A stretch of 62,563 bases of DNA, filler included, from Asterionella formosa (taxonomy: Eukaryota), in the NCBI GenBank assembly GCA_002256025.1. It is 5 parts of 5 records of this genome, joined end to end, with 100 filler letters (N's around TTAATTAATTAA, not from the genome) between each part and the next. Parts side by side here need not be neighbours in the genome. Positions count along the whole stretch, not along the records: positions 1 to 28,448 come from NKIB01001224.1; 4 more parts are not named here. One strand, given 5' to 3'. Position numbers and translations under genes: made by a program. Of this stretch, positions 11,551-24,833 are shown piece by piece. How positions within the stretch are numbered: the stretch's first letter is position 1; each line of letters begins with the position of its first letter. The notes beneath the pieces are model-generated. The model was not told the origin of the DNA. It worked only from the letters and a program-made list of their open reading frames with translations, and searched no databases.

Positions 11551-12509
11551 ATGACGAGCAATAATAATGAAATGAAATCGAAAAAGAAACAAAGACATGA
11601 AATGTACGACGACACATCATTATCATCATCGAAGCAACGAGGAAGCTACGCTCCATCAAGGCAAGATACCATGCCCAGCATCACGAAGCGACAACGTCAT
11701 GGAAACCAGGACGAAAAAACTGAAACTGATTGTATTACTAAACAGGAGCAAGAGCAGGAACTAAACGAAGGCAACCTTATAAAACACGCTTTTCCAACAA
11801 ATCCATTGGATCACTGCGAAACCCCGTTTCAGGCCTACCAAGATCTGAATAGCTTACTCATGGCATTTTGCAAAAGTTTAGACTTAAATCCATCATCCCT
11901 CAAGATTTGGGATCCATACTTTTGCAATGGCATGGTCAAAGAGCACCTAGATCAATTGGGTTTCACGAACGTTCGGAATGAAAATAGAGATTTCTATCAG
12001 CGCATCAAGGACAACGACATGCCTGAGTATGACATGATCTTGACGAATCCGCCGTACTCTGGTAAGTGTTATTTATACACGCAGTTTAGCATTGAGGAAT
12101 GGGTAGCATTTTACTCACTACTGTGTTGACAGACGACCATGTTGACAAGCTGTTACAATTTTGCAAATCTCAATCCAAACCGTTTGCACTATTGATGCCA
12201 AATTGGGTTGCCAGGAAGAAGGTGTATGGCTTGAAAGGGGATCAACTATTTTATCTGTCTCGGACGGAGGCGTACACATATATCATGCCCTCGTGGGCGG
12301 AAGCACGAAAGGACTACGTTGGCGACGACGGCCTAACAAGGCCCTACGTTAGTAGTTGGTATATTGGTGGTGTATCCAAACAGAGCTCGGAGAGATTCCA
12401 TGACGAAATGGATCGCATTTCAAAGAACCAGTCTTGGGTTGTGGCCAAGACGATTAAGGGACTCAAGTGGAAAATCCAAAAGAAGCAACTTAGGCAGCGG
12501 ACCCTATAA
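11551..12509 (+). CDS. SAM-dependent amino-(N6A/N4C-type) methyltransferase with NPPY motif, 2 exons (11551-12061, 12133-12509)
   Basis: Motif I-like IWDPYFCNG, then ENRDFY and motif IV ILTNPPYS, followed by PFALLMP. A phase-1 GTAAGT...ACAG intron at 12062-12132 joins the two ORFs. Confidence 0.75.
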
Positions 12510-12652
12510 ACTCAATTTTAAACTCAAAATGGACATTGAAACCAGCGGTCGATGCTGGTATCTAAGATAGACTAACAGACATGATATTATCAGTAACATG
12601 TATGGATGTATATTATTCCGGTATATTTAGCAAGAGAATCAATGCACATGCA

Positions 12653-13585
12653 CTAAACAAGCTTACTAGCAGCAAGAATCTTGTCATATGTATCAAGAAT
12701 AGCAGGAGCCTTTCCAAGAGCGCCAGCAACGCAGGCGTCGGCAACACTGGTAGCACTGACAGGGGGTTCCAGCGCAATTTTAATGAATCCCTCTGGAGCA
12801 ATATTGGCCGCAGCTCTCAGAGGACCACTGCTCAGAATGGTTTCCACAATATTTCCATAGGCGTTAGCCACCCGTGGCGGATTAATGTTGAATGCATCTC
12901 CTCCATAGATAAAGGTAGGTTCAATGATGGTATACGATTTTCCTGTCTTGCCAAAGTATGTCTGGATCGACTGCTCCGAGAATGCCTTGCCTGTCATGTA
13001 GTTATTCAAAAAGTCAATGTTTTTGGCAAATGCCCTCACTTCTGGGGCAACTGAAATGTATACAAAGTGGTCGACTCCCGCCGCAGCAGCGCCAGCGGCA
13101 GCCAACCCAGTAGCACTGTTGATCAAATCATCTTGCTCCGTTCCAATAGCACCAACACAGCTGATAACTGATTGACATCCCTTGGATAACTGTTCAATAG
13201 TTGTAGCTACATTATTCGTTGTAGTAAAGTCCATCGCCACCGTGCCGTCGCGACCATCTCGAGAGGTGGCTACTACGGTTAATCCTAGACTCTTGAGCTT
13301 CTTGACTACTTCTCCACCTACCAGTCCTGTTCCTCCGATGACCAACACTGTTCCACTGGTGTCTGAAGTAGCAGCAGCTGACGACGACGGCGTTGTTGTC
13401 GTTGTCGCCAATAGAAACGCCGATGCTCCAACGCGCGACAGGAACTCTCGACGATCAGATTCGGCATCAAGACGGTGGAATGAATAATAACGGAATGAAT
13501 GAGAGGACGGTATGATGGAGGAGAAACTAGTGCATGCGACCGCCAGCAATAAGACAGTCAACGAGGAAAGGGGGAGGGAGCGCAT
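12653..13585 (-). CDS. NAD(P)-binding atypical SDR/epimerase, plastid-targeted, possibly thylakoid lumen
   Basis: Rossmann motif VLVIGGTGLVG, YxxxK (YMTGK), and PTFIYG. Signal peptide + CTS|F, then RREFL...AAA, a Tat-like signal. Confidence 0.85.
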   Translation of the reverse strand: MRSLPLSSLTVLLLAVACTSFSSIIPSSHSFRYYSFHRLDAESDRREFLSRVGASAFLLATTTTTPSSSAAATSDTSGTVLVIGGTGLVGGEVVKKLKSLGLTVVATSRDGRDGTVAMDFTTTNNVATTIEQLSKGCQSVISCVGAIGTEQDDLINSATGLAAAGAAAAGVDHFVYISVAPEVRAFAKNIDFLNNYMTGKAFSEQSIQTYFGKTGKSYTIIEPTFIYGGDAFNINPPRVANAYGNIVETILSSGPLRAAANIAPEGFIKIALEPPVSATSVADACVAGALGKAPAILDTYDKILAASKLV

Positions 13586-14350
13586 CGTCGTCGCCGTGTT
13601 TTGTTGATCCCCCACACAAAACATAATAGTATTTTAGGATTAGCTCACTTTGACAATCTCTATATTTAGCTAACATGGACATGATCGCGCTGGTCTGGCT
13701 CTCTCCTTGCTACATACCTGGTACCAGGTACCGTACGTGATTGACCGCAACATGCTGTATGTCCATGCTGGTATGTATGTACCAGACCGTACATACATAT
13801 TTACCGGTAGTTGTTTGTTGTACATTTGCTATCTGTCCGTCGCACGACAATGTTTGGTAATGGCAATCATCACCAGTATCGGTCATGCTGTTCGTAAATT
13901 TGGACGTGTGCATGTAATTTTAGCACTTGGTATTAGTTTACCTGGCATCATGGAATAGTCTACCGGTACGCATGATACTTACTATACTATATGGCCCATT
14001 AAAAGGTTCCTGCATTTGAACCCCTAGCTCGAGGTAGGGTTTAAAAAATTGAGTCAGACTAATCAAAAACGTACTTTTCACGTATAAAATAGATATATAG
14101 ACATAATGAAGGAGTACATATGTACCTACCGGTACTGGTTGGCTCCATCACATATAATCCTACATATGTATAATTATGTTCCGTACTTTACCTGATGGTT
14201 ACTGCTATTCCACATGATGCATACTTGATGGATTTACCACTGGTATAGTCCCGGTCCAGTTATCATGTACATAGTGAAATGTCGACGGCCACGGGAACAG
14301 CATAATTCAGAGATCGACCGACCTGCAGCGCCGCACGAGTGTTGACGATC

Positions 14351-17300
14351 ATGTCGGGCCCACCGCCACCGCCGCCGCCACCACCACCTCCGCCGCCACC
14401 TCCTCCTCCTCCTGATCGACGAGTTGGGATGCGTCCTCCTCCAGGACTAACCGCTCCTCCAGGAATGGCGCCTCCGGGAATGCACGCTCCTCCCGGAATC
14501 TTTCAGCATTCCTTTCAGCCTCCGCCGGGATTTCCTCCTGGCATGTACACTCAAGGAGGACCTCCTCCACCGCCACCGCCGGGAATGGCTCCCCCCGGAA
14601 TGATGCCGCCTCCGGGAATGATGACTCCTCCAGGAATGATGCCGCCTCCGGGAATGATGCCGCCTCCGGGAATGATGCCGCCTCCGGGCATGTCGTATGC
14701 TCCTCCTGGGATGAGCACACAGAGGCCGCCTCCCATGTCACAGCAACAGGCGACGCCTATGGTAACTGCGGGATTGCAAACTATCTCTCTGGAAGAAAAG
14801 TCAAAGCGATGGGCCAAGCTTCAGAAGAAGAGATATTCACACAAGCGTCTCCAGACATTTAGTGCTCCGCAGAAGGAGCAAATGCCACCGGACTTCTTGC
14901 GAAAGATTCTGCAGGACCATGGCGACATGTCCTCGAAACGCTATCAAACAGAGAAACGTCTATACCTAGGTGCACTTAAGTACGTTCCGCATGCATTGTA
15001 CAAACTATTGGAGCACATTCCTATGCCATGGGAAAACTACAAGGAAGTTCCTGTCTTGTTTCATGTCACTGGGGCCATTTCATTCATTGATTCAACACCC
15101 AAGGTTATTGAACCCATTTACCGCGCTCAATGGGGAACTGCGTGGTTGTTAATGCGTAGGGAGAAGCGTGATCGCAGACATTTCAAGCGCATGCGCTTTC
15201 CTCCATTTGACGACGAAGAACCACCATTGGACTATGCCGACCACTTGTTGAATGTTGAACCTAGTGAAGGGATTCGCTTGGATTTAGAAGATGAACAATA
15301 CGCGCTGATCAAAGATTGGTTCTATGACAACATGCCATTGAGTGATATTAGGCAAACACGCGAAGAACCTCTCTCAAAGCATGTTTTTTGTAATGGACCG
15401 TCTTATCAGACATGGCGCTTGAGTACAGATATCATGGGACAGCTATACGGACTAGCCGAACCCCTCCTCAACGCATTTGATGACAATGTACGATACCTAT
15501 TTGATGTGCCACACTTTTTAACAGCCAAGGCATTGAATGTGGCCATTCCCGGTGGTCCAAGGTTTGAACCACTCTTCAGAGACTTGGATGATGATGAAGA
15601 CTGGAATGATTTTAATGATATCACCAAGTTAATCATTCGATTGCCCATTCGAACGGAATATAAAATTGCGTTTCCTCATGTGTACAACTCCAGACCACGG
15701 AAGGTCAAGCTATCTCCATACCATCATGTTCAGAATAACTTTGTTGGTGACGAAGATGACAATGATGTCATGTGCTGGGAAGCATATCCTTCACAACTCA
15801 ATCCAATTGTGAGAGTGGATAAAAAGGTGTATGTTGGAAAGGACGATGATGAATTCGCAGAAGAACTCCCTATGGTGGGGGAAAGTGAAGATGGTGACGA
15901 CTTCTGGGATGTTGACGAAGCTGATTGGAACGAAGATGACGAAATTACTGTGGTTGAGTCGTTGACTCCATTGTTGGAGGTAGCACCACTGGGAACTAGT
16001 CGCACATCGGCTGGAGTTTCCTTATACTTTGCTCCTCATCCTTTCAATACTCGATCTGGTCGAACGAGGCGAACTATTGATGTGCCCTTGATCGGTCACT
16101 GGGTGCGTGATCGAGTTTCGCGAGATCTTAATTATCCTACAAAGGTTCGTGTTTCATATCAGAAACTTTTGAAAGCTTGGGTGTTGAATCAGCTGCACTC
16201 AAAACCATACAAGAAGAAGTGTAAGAAGGCCCTTTTCAAATCGCTAAAGGGAACCAAATTCTTTCAATGCACTGAACTGGACTGGGTGGAAGTTGGCCTT
16301 CAAGTATGCCGTCAGGGTCATAACATGTTAAACTTGCTAATTCAGCGAAAGCAACTCAAATATTTGCACTTGGATTACAATTTCAACTTGAAGCCAACAA
16401 AGACATTGACAACTAAGGAGCGTAAGAAGTCTCGATTTGGAAACGCTTTCCACTTGGTTAGAGAAATTCTAAGATTGACAAAGTTGATTGTTGACTGCCA
16501 TGTGCAATTTCGTCTCGGAAACGTTGATGCTTATCAATTGGCTGACGGCTTGCAATATACTTTCAATCACGTGGGCCAGTTGACTGGGATGTATCGATAC
16601 AAATATCGCCTCATGCGTCAAATTCGAACCTGCAAGGATTTGAAGCACTTGATCTACTATCGGTTCAATACTGGACCCGTCGGGAAAGGACCAGGAGTGG
16701 GATTCTGGGCACCGAGTTGGCGTGTTTGGATGTTCTTCTTGCGGGGAATTTTACCTCTCTTGGAACGATGGCTTGGGAACTTGTTGGCTCGCCAGTTTGA
16801 AGGCCGTCACTCAAAATCGGTTGCGAAGAATGTTACCAAACAGCGAGTGGAATCTCACTTTGATCTCGAGTTACGAGCTTCTGTAATGCATGACATTTTA
16901 GACATGATGCCAGCAGGCGTAAAGCAAAACAAATCGCGAGTCGTACTCAGTCACTTGAGTGAGGCTTTCAGATGTTGGAAGGCCAACATCCCTTGGAAGG
17001 TGCCAGGCATGCCGGCTCCGATTGAAAATATGATTTTGCGTTATGTTAAATCGAAAGCTGATTGGTGGACGAACATTGCACACTACAACAGAGAGCGTAT
17101 TAAGCGCGGTGGAACAGTCGACAAGACTGTCGTCAAGAAAAATCTTGGTCGTTTAACTCGTCTGTGGCTCAAGGCCGAACAGGAACGTCAGCACAATTAT
17201 CTCAAGGACGGTCCATATGTATCCGCGGAGGAAGCTGTCGCGATTTACACCACAACTGTTCATTGGCTGGAGAGTCGAAAGTTTACTCCAATCCCGTTTC

Positions 17301-20300
17301 CTCCATTGTCGTACAAACACGATACAAAGTTGTTAATCTTGGCACTTGAACGCTTGAAGGAGGGCTTCGGGTTGCAAATCCGCCTGAATAGTGGCATGAG
17401 AGAGGAGTTGGCTTTGATCGAACAAGCTTATGATAATCCTCATGAAGCCTTGAGCCGAATCAAACGACACCTCTTGACTCAACGTACCTTCAAGGAAGTT
17501 GAAATCGAGTTCATGGACATGTATTCTCACCTCTCGCCTGTTTACAATGTGGAACCCTTAGAAAAGATCACTGATGCATATCTCGACCAATACCTTTGGT
17601 ACGAAAGCGACAAGCGCCATCTCTTTCCCAGCTGGATCAAGCCTGCTGATTCAGAACCACCGCCATTGCTTGTTTACAAGTTCTGCCAAGGCATCAACAA
17701 TCTCGAAGATATTTGGGACGCAGACGAGAACGGGGAAAGCGTTGTTCTCCTTCAATCACAATTCGAGAAGATGTATGAGAAGATCGACTTAACATTGTTG
17801 AATCGATTGCTTCGACTTATTGTTGATCATAATATCGCTGATTACATGACCGCAAAGAACAATATAAGCATCTCATTCAAAGACATGATGCACACAAACG
17901 GATATGGATTGATTCGAGGTCTTCAATTTGCGTCGTTTATTGTTCAATACTACGGCCTTGTGCTCGATCTCTTGACTCTTGGTCTCTCCCGTGCTAGCGA
18001 GATTGCCGGACAACCTCAGCGGCCGAACGAATATCTCACTTTTGAAGACATTGAAACAGAAACGAGTCATCCTATCCGGTTATACACACGGTACATGGAC
18101 AAGATTTACATGTTATTTAAGTTTGACGCCATAGAAAGCAAGGATCTCATTCAGAGATATCTTATCGAGCATCCTGACCCTAACAACGAAAATGCCGTCG
18201 GTTACAGAAACAAGAAATGCTGGCCTCGGGATTGTCGAATGCGCCTTTTAAAGCGAGATGTCAACTTGGGTAGAGCTATCTTCTGGGATATCAAGAATCG
18301 CTTACCTCGAAGCATATCTTCTCTTGACTGGGACGATTCATTTGTCAGTGTTTACAGCTCAGACAATCCAAATCTTCTTTTTGACATGAATGGTTTCGAA
18401 ATTCGTATTCAGCCAGTTCGAGCTTCTCGAAAAGCTGTTATTGGTGGTCATTCAGCTGCATCGACACCTGCATATAAAGATGGAGTGTGGAATTTACAGA
18501 ATGAAACCACAAAGGAGATGACGGCACAAGCGCACCTAAGAGTTGACGACGAATCTGTCCTGGCGTTTGATAACCGCATTCGGCAGATCTTGATGAGTAG
18601 TGGAGCCACGACTTTTACTAAAATTGCTAACAAGTGGAACACCGCTCTCATTGGTCTGATGACTTACTACAGAGAAGCAGTTCTGAATACCCAGGAACTT
18701 CTTGATTTATTGGTGAAAAACGAGAACAAGATTCAAACAAGGATCAAAATCGGTTTGAACAGTAAAATGCCGAGTCGTTTTCCTCCAGTTGTCTTCTATT
18801 GCCCAAAGGAGCTTGGAGGCCTCGGCATGCTTTCCATGGGCCACGTCTTGATTCCGCAGAGCGACCTTCGTTATTCTAAGCAAACTGATACTGGAGTCAC
18901 TCACTTTCGCGCAGGCCTCAGTCACGATGCCGATCAGCTTATTCCGAATCTGTTCCGATACATCCAACCTTGGGAAAGCGAGTTTGTTGACTCCCAGAGA
19001 GTATGGGCTGAATATGCGCTCAAACGCCAAGAAGCGAACGCGCAGAACAGAAGATTGACACTCGAGGATCTTGAGGACAGTTGGGACAGAGGTATACCAC
19101 GCATCAATACGTTATTTAGTAAGGATCGGCACACCCTAGCATATGATCGCGGTTGGAGAGTTCGCACAGTTTTCAAGCAATATCAAGTCCTCCGTGTCAA
19201 TCCATTCTGGTGGACGCATCAGCGTCACGACGGGAAGCTTTGGAACCTCAATTCGTACAGAACTGACATGATCCAGGCCCTTGGTGGAGTTGAGGGTATT
19301 CTTGAGCACACTTTGTTCAAGGGAACTTACTTTCCCACGTGGGAAGGTCTTTTCTGGGAGAAGGCATCTGGTTTCGAAGAGAGCATGAAATTCAAAAAGC
19401 TGACGAATGCTCAACGGTCCGGTTTGACCCAGATTCCCAATCGACGTTTTACGCTGTGGTGGTCGCCGACCATCAACCGAGCCAATGTGTATGTCGGCTT
19501 CCAAGTGCAGCTCGACCTCACTGGTATCTTTATGCATGGTAAGATTCCAACCTTGAAGATTTCTTTGATTCAGATCTTTCGAGCCCATTTGTGGCAAAAA
19601 ATTCATGAAAGTATTGTCATGGATATTGTTCAAGTATTTGATCAAGAGCTCGACGCTCTCGAGATCGAGAGTGTGCAAAAAGAAACAATTCACCCGCGTA
19701 AATCGTACAAGATGAACAGCAGCTGTGCTGATTTGGTTCTGTTCGCTGCTTACAAATGGCCAGTTTCAAAGCCTAGCTTGCTTCACGATACCAAGGACGA
19801 CTTTGATGGCGGCAATACTACCAATAAGTTTTGGCTCGATATACAATTGCGTTGGGGTGATTTTGACTCTCATGACATCGAGCGCTACTCCAGGGCTAAG
19901 TTCCTCGACTACACAACCGACAACATGTCAATCTATCCTTCGCCGACTGGATGCCTGCTTGCGTTTGATTTGGCTTATTCCCTATACAGTGGATTTGGAA
20001 ATTTCATTCCCGGAGGCAAGCCCTTGCTGCAGCAGGCCATGGCAAAGATTATCAAAGCCAACCCAGCACTGTATGTTTTACGTGAACGTATTAGAAAGGG
20101 GCTCCAGCTCTATTCTAGTGAGCCCACAGAGCCATATCTCAGCTCACAAAATTACGGTGAATTGTTCAGCAACCAAGTCATTTGGTTCGTGGACGATACA
20201 AATGTGTACAGAGTTACAATTCACAAAACCTTTGAAGGTAACTTGACTACAAAGCCGATCAACGGCGCTATTTTCATTTTCAACCCAAGAACTGGGCAGC

Positions 20301-21892
20301 TTTTTTTGAAGATCATTCACACTAGTGTCTGGGCCGGACAAAAGCGTTTGTCGCAGTTAGCCAAGTGGAAAACAGCTGAAGAGGTTGCTGCACTAATCCG
20401 GTCCCTCCCAGTTGAAGAACAACCAAAACAAATCATTGTCACACGTAAGGGAATGCTTGATCCATTGGAAGTGCATTGTCTTGATTTCCCAAACATTGTC
20501 TTGAAGGGTTCAGAACTCCAATTGCCGTTTCAAGCCGCCCTTAAGGTTGAGAAATTCGGTGACCTAATTCTTCGAGCGACTGAACCTCAAATGGTACTTT
20601 TCAATATATTCGATGACTGGCTAAAGAGTATCTCGTCTTACACTGCCTTCAGTCGGTTGATTTTGATCCTCCGAGGACTTCACGTGAATGTCGATAAGGT
20701 TAAGATGGTTCTGAGACCTGATAAAAGTGTGGTGACTGAGCCACATCACATCTGGCCCACGTTGTCGGATGAGCAGTGGATCAAGATTGAAGTTGCCCTG
20801 AAGGACTTAATTTTGGCTGATTATGGGAAAAAGAACAATGTCAATGTTTCAAGTTTGACTCAGAGCGAGATTCGAGACATTATTCTCGGTATGGAGATTG
20901 CTCCACCATCTGTTCAGAGGCAACAGGTTGCAGAGATCGAGGCTCAAGCTCGCGAGCAGTCTCAACTGACGGCCACGACAACCAAAACCACCAATGTCCA
21001 TGGGGAGCAAATTGTGGTCACTACAACCAGTCAATATGAAGCTGCTACATTTCACAGCAAAACTGATTGGCGTGTGCGCGCTATCAGTGCCACGAATCTG
21101 CATCTTCGTACAAAACACATTTATGTATCGTCAGAAGATATTTCAGAAGACGGCTTGACGTATGTCCTCCCAAAAAATATCCTAAGCAAATTCATAACCA
21201 TTGCTGACTTGCGAACGCAGATTTCAGGCTATCTATACGGTGTTGCACCTGCCGATAATGATCAAGTCCGTGAGGTCCGTTGTATCGTGATGGTCCCTCA
21301 AGTTGGAAATCACCAGACAGTGACACTTCCAAGGAAGCTCCCCGACGATGATTTACTGAAGGACATGGAGCCATTGGGTTGGATCCACACGCAGCCAAAC
21401 GAGTTGATTCAAAACGGTGTTCAAATCTTACCTGCTACTGACGTTTTGACTCATTCGGCAATCATGTCCGAAAACCCCAAAACTTGGCAGGGCAAGGATC
21501 AGATCATCATCACCACGTCATTCACTCAAGGGTCGTGTTCCCTTACGGCGTATCATGTAACGGAAGCGGGCTTCGCTTGGGGAGCGAAGAACCGAAACGT
21601 CGCTGGTGGGGTGGCTAATGCTGAAGGGTATTCGTCTAGTTGTTTCGACAAGGTGCAGATGCTTCTCAGTGACCGATTCAAGGGGTACTTCATGGTCCCC
21701 CAAGGTGGCCTGGGCTGGAATTACAACTTCCAAGGCGTCAAGCATAGTGCTGGAATGGATTATTCTCTGAAAGTGGATATGCCAGAACCATTCTATGCTG
21801 AAGTTCATCGTCCTCAGCACTTTTTGTCCTTTGTCCAGATGGAAGAAGCCGTAGAGACGGAGGATACAGACCTACAGAACTTCCTTGATTAA
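14351..21892 (+). CDS. PRP8: Pre-mRNA-processing-splicing factor 8 (U5 snRNP)
   Basis: Hallmark blocks [51 protein letters not shown], and the C-terminal [12 protein letters not shown]. Intronless, with a Pro-rich N-terminus. Confidence 0.99.
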   Translation: MSGPPPPPPPPPPPPPPPPPPDRRVGMRPPPGLTAPPGMAPPGMHAPPGIFQHSFQPPPGFPPGMYTQGGPPPPPPPGMAPPGMMPPPGMMTPPGMMPPPGMMPPPGMMPPPGMSYAPPGMSTQRPPPMSQQQATPMVTAGLQTISLEEKSKRWAKLQKKRYSHKRLQTFSAPQKEQMPPDFLRKILQDHGDMSSKRYQTEKRLYLGALKYVPHALYKLLEHIPMPWENYKEVPVLFHVTGAISFIDSTPKVIEPIYRAQWGTAWLLMRREKRDRRHFKRMRFPPFDDEEPPLDYADHLLNVEPSEGIRLDLEDEQYALIKDWFYDNMPLSDIRQTREEPLSKHVFCNGPSYQTWRLSTDIMGQLYGLAEPLLNAFDDNVRYLFDVPHFLTAKALNVAIPGGPRFEPLFRDLDDDEDWNDFNDITKLIIRLPIRTEYKIAFPHVYNSRPRKVKLSPYHHVQNNFVGDEDDNDVMCWEAYPSQLNPIVRVDKKVYVGKDDDEFAEELPMVGESEDGDDFWDVDEADWNEDDEITVVESLTPLLEVAPLGTSRTSAGVSLYFAPHPFNTRSGRTRRTIDVPLIGHWVRDRVSRDLNYPTKVRVSYQKLLKAWVLNQLHSKPYKKKCKKALFKSLKGTKFFQCTELDWVEVGLQVCRQGHNMLNLLIQRKQLKYLHLDYNFNLKPTKTLTTKERKKSRFGNAFHLVREILRLTKLIVDCHVQFRLGNVDAYQLADGLQYTFNHVGQLTGMYRYKYRLMRQIRTCKDLKHLIYYRFNTGPVGKGPGVGFWAPSWRVWMFFLRGILPLLERWLGNLLARQFEGRHSKSVAKNVTKQRVESHFDLELRASVMHDILDMMPAGVKQNKSRVVLSHLSEAFRCWKANIPWKVPGMPAPIENMILRYVKSKADWWTNIAHYNRERIKRGGTVDKTVVKKNLGRLTRLWLKAEQERQHNYLKDGPYVSAEEAVAIYTTTVHWLESRKFTPIPFPPLSYKHDTKLLILALERLKEGFGLQIRLNSGMREELALIEQAYDNPHEALSRIKRHLLTQRTFKEVEIEFMDMYSHLSPVYNVEPLEKITDAYLDQYLWYESDKRHLFPSWIKPADSEPPPLLVYKFCQGINNLEDIWDADENGESVVLLQSQFEKMYEKIDLTLLNRLLRLIVDHNIADYMTAKNNISISFKDMMHTNGYGLIRGLQFASFIVQYYGLVLDLLTLGLSRASEIAGQPQRPNEYLTFEDIETETSHPIRLYTRYMDKIYMLFKFDAIESKDLIQRYLIEHPDPNNENAVGYRNKKCWPRDCRMRLLKRDVNLGRAIFWDIKNRLPRSISSLDWDDSFVSVYSSDNPNLLFDMNGFEIRIQPVRASRKAVIGGHSAASTPAYKDGVWNLQNETTKEMTAQAHLRVDDESVLAFDNRIRQILMSSGATTFTKIANKWNTALIGLMTYYREAVLNTQELLDLLVKNENKIQTRIKIGLNSKMPSRFPPVVFYCPKELGGLGMLSMGHVLIPQSDLRYSKQTDTGVTHFRAGLSHDADQLIPNLFRYIQPWESEFVDSQRVWAEYALKRQEANAQNRRLTLEDLEDSWDRGIPRINTLFSKDRHTLAYDRGWRVRTVFKQYQVLRVNPFWWTHQRHDGKLWNLNSYRTDMIQALGGVEGILEHTLFKGTYFPTWEGLFWEKASGFEESMKFKKLTNAQRSGLTQIPNRRFTLWWSPTINRANVYVGFQVQLDLTGIFMHGKIPTLKISLIQIFRAHLWQKIHESIVMDIVQVFDQELDALEIESVQKETIHPRKSYKMNSSCADLVLFAAYKWPVSKPSLLHDTKDDFDGGNTTNKFWLDIQLRWGDFDSHDIERYSRAKFLDYTTDNMSIYPSPTGCLLAFDLAYSLYSGFGNFIPGGKPLLQQAMAKIIKANPALYVLRERIRKGLQLYSSEPTEPYLSSQNYGELFSNQVIWFVDDTNVYRVTIHKTFEGNLTTKPINGAIFIFNPRTGQLFLKIIHTSVWAGQKRLSQLAKWKTAEEVAALIRSLPVEEQPKQIIVTRKGMLDPLEVHCLDFPNIVLKGSELQLPFQAALKVEKFGDLILRATEPQMVLFNIFDDWLKSISSYTAFSRLILILRGLHVNVDKVKMVLRPDKSVVTEPHHIWPTLSDEQWIKIEVALKDLILADYGKKNNVNVSSLTQSEIRDIILGMEIAPPSVQRQQVAEIEAQAREQSQLTATTTKTTNVHGEQIVVTTTSQYEAATFHSKTDWRVRAISATNLHLRTKHIYVSSEDISEDGLTYVLPKNILSKFITIADLRTQISGYLYGVAPADNDQVREVRCIVMVPQVGNHQTVTLPRKLPDDDLLKDMEPLGWIHTQPNELIQNGVQILPATDVLTHSAIMSENPKTWQGKDQIIITTSFTQGSCSLTAYHVTEAGFAWGAKNRNVAGGVANAEGYSSSCFDKVQMLLSDRFKGYFMVPQGGLGWNYNFQGVKHSAGMDYSLKVDMPEPFYAEVHRPQHFLSFVQMEEAVETEDTDLQNFLD
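14560..14710 (+). repeat. Coding 18-bp tandem repeat (MMPPPG)n in the PRP8 N-terminus
   Basis: Repeated GGGAATGATGCCGCCTCC-like units. Confidence 0.85.
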
Positions 21893-23706
21893 ATAGTTTT
21901 TGCAGTACTAATCGAGTAAAATAAAGCATGGTTTGGGGTAAAAAATCTTCATGTATAGATGAAAAAATATGTACTGAAAGACAACATGATGAGTCAAAAT
22001 GAGTAAAATTGAATGGATTAGATTACCATAGCTGTATGCTCTATGTCAGAACTGATTAAATGATAGCAATCCCCATTCTATTGACAATAATAATTTTCGA
22101 ACTTGGTTCGAATTTATCATTTAAGAAACTTCGATGATTTAAGTTGGAAGAAGGAGCTATTAAATGTTGACTCTCAGTTTTTACCACCTAGTGTTTTTAT
22201 AGAAGGTACACCTTGAAAATCTTGCCTCTTATCAAGCCTCTACTCATTGCTAACAATTTTTCTTCATGATAAAGATGTTTCTCATGTGAGACAAATCCTT
22301 GGAAACAAAAATCAACTAAAAGAACTTTAGCTCTTGTTGATTCCCAAGTATTCCCGATCAGGATGGTCATTAATGCTCTAATGGTAGCTAACACAATTGT
22401 TGCATGTTCTGTGGTGGTTTTTTTTGGTCGCTTTTTCTCACATTTGAGAAGGTTCGGCAGATGTGCACAACTTTCAAGTTCATCCACTAATTTTGCTTTC
22501 TTCCTTGTACTCCTATCCAGAAATGTGTCTTGTTTTGATCTTGCAACTTGTTTGCATAAGTCTGTTAATTGTTATTCAAGCTTGTAGTTTTATTGCTCAC
22601 TCTGCCTCAATGATTTTTGGGCTGAGGATTTTTACCCATTTTTCAGTGGAAACTCCTCAAAAGAGGCAAGCTCAACAATACATTGGGTCCTCATGGATAC
22701 TTACTCCTCTTTGAAGTTATTGGAACTTGCTGATCGTCTCCGTGGATTGTGGATACTGATTCCTCCTCTCATGTGGGTCAGTTTTTTCGTGAAAATAGTT
22801 GAGAGTGACTCCCCTTCTTGGTGTTATAACTTATTTTTTCTTGCTCAGGGGGTACAGAAGAAGCAAACATTGCGAATGGTTCCTTGGAGGTCAAATTTGG
22901 TTTCTAATGTGTACCAACAGCATTCAACAGCAGAACTTCAGGATCTGGTGGGTCGAGAAGGTTTTGAGTATGAATTATATATTGTGATCGGTTGTCTTGG
23001 TGACGAAGAAGTTTTCGCTCTCATCATCCGACCTGTTTTGAGTCCTGTGACTGCAGGGTGGAATATAGCTACGTACATAATATACCGGTACCCTGGTACC
23101 GTTAATCATTCAGATAGATACATAAGTAATACGGTACCACCTGGTGCTCTTTTATTAAACAGTGGCTGACTTCTTCGCTTCGGCGGACGACAAATGATGA
23201 TCTTCGAACAGTATCGAAGCAAAACGAAGCACCAATATACTGATAACAACATTAAGTATCGGCGGCATATGATGCATACCGGTCCCTGTATCTAAGGAGA
23301 AAAAAATACTTGGGGTTGGCATAACTATTATTATTTCTCGTCGCGACTTGAAACTTAACACCGAATACCATTACAAAACGAATCTGTTGCTAATAATTAT
23401 TTTGCATTTTATTTTGTTACCGGGTAGTTATTTTAAGTATCATAATTACGGTCGTAAGAATAGTTCAATATTTGTGTACATAGACTACCGGTATATACCA
23501 TTATACATACCATCATCAGCCAGGGGTAGTATTTTCTGATGCTGTTGCCGATGACGATGCCGGAGATCATAAGCAAAGCATTTCAAAAAGTAAAACGACG
23601 CAGCCAAGTGAACAAGTCTATACTTTCCTTTATTGTCCACTCAGCTGCCATCCAGACGAGCTTCCAAAGATCATCTCCTTTCGTAAACGCTAGGCTCGCA
23701 ACAACC

Positions 23707-24646
23707 ATGTCATCCGACGAGTCCAAACCCATCATCCATTATCCTGCCGACTATGAAGTCCCTGAAGTTTGGACCTTCAAAGAACAGGAGGGACTAATGG
23801 GTGGTATGAACCGACCCACTGCTGGAGCCCGCAGGGAAGAAAGTCTCCCCAAGGGAGACCATGAACTTCAGCTGTACAGTCTCGGCACTCCAAATGGAAT
23901 CAAGGTTACTATCCTTCTGGAGGAGCTGAACGACATGAAGGGAGTCGAATACGACGCTTGGAGGATCAAAATTATGGATCTTGATCAATTTGGCTCTGAG
24001 TTTGTTAGTATTAACCCCAACTCAAAGATCCCTGCCATGCTCGATACTTCTTTTGACCCACCCCTACGTGTGTTTGAGTCTGGAAGTATTTTGAAGTACA
24101 TTGCAGAAAAGTACGATGCTTTCATTCCTACTGACTCTCGTAAGAAAGTTGAATGTTTCAACTGGCTCATGTGGCAAACGGGAAGTGCTCCATATATTGG
24201 TGGTGGTTTTGGTCACTTCTACAAGTACGCCCCACTCAAAGTAAGTACATCGCAGTATATTAAATGGCTCGTTGCGAGAACATGCGCATAGGAGACAACT
24301 CATGAAATAAATTCTTACGCAGATTGAATACGCCATCGACCGCTTCACCATGGAGACCAAGCGCCAACTTGATGTTCTTGATAAGCATTTGGCTGACAAC
24401 GAATACATCGTCGGCGATGAGATCAGCATTGCCGACTTTGCCATCTGGCCCTGGATCTTGTGCACATTTAAGTTCTACGGAGGAGAAAAATTCTTAGACG
24501 TTGATTCCTACAAGAATCTCAATCGTTGGTATTGCCAGATTGGGGAGCGGCCTGCTGTGCAAAGAGGTATCCGTGTTAATGGTTTTGGACCCGATGCGGT
24601 TGTTGAACGCCACTCCAAGGCTGATTTCGATAATAAGGTCGAGTAG
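23707..24646 (+). CDS. yghU: Nu-class glutathione S-transferase/disulfide oxidoreductase (YghU-like), 2 exons (to 24240, 24323-24646)
   Basis: NRPTAGA...LPKGDHELQLYSLGTPNGIKVTILLEEL, NPNSKIPA, FESGSIL, GGGFGHFY, IEYAIDRFTMETKRQLDVLD. Phase-0 intron at 24241-24322. The start may be upstream at 23539. Confidence 0.92.
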
Positions 24647-24833
24647 TAACGATGGAGTTATCTTTAGAAGTAGCTCAGTTTCGTTCTTATCTCGATTGCC
24701 TTCGGCGCAAGAGAAAATAGATAATAGAACTGATGCAAACATGAAATGATGTATTTATAATGCAAAAGGGTGAACCCGAGAAAGCTGAGTTCGATTTGAT
24801 ACATCAGATCATCTTTCATAGGGAATCTTCGCT

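Noticed and set aside
4511..14026. 9.5-kb composite transposon bounded by the inverted 17-mer
   Set aside because: No target-site duplication, and the interval contains ordinary host genes.
14351..21892. Possible intein in the long PRP8
   Set aside because: The fungal PRP8-a site ([11 protein letters not shown]) is uninterrupted and no Hint or homing-endonuclease block is visible. The extra length comes from the Pro-rich N-terminus and an acidic insert.
21950..23100. ORFs of 60-160 aa downstream of PRP8
   Set aside because: CpG-poor, stop-ridden sequence with no recognisable domain. Probably decayed repeat DNA.
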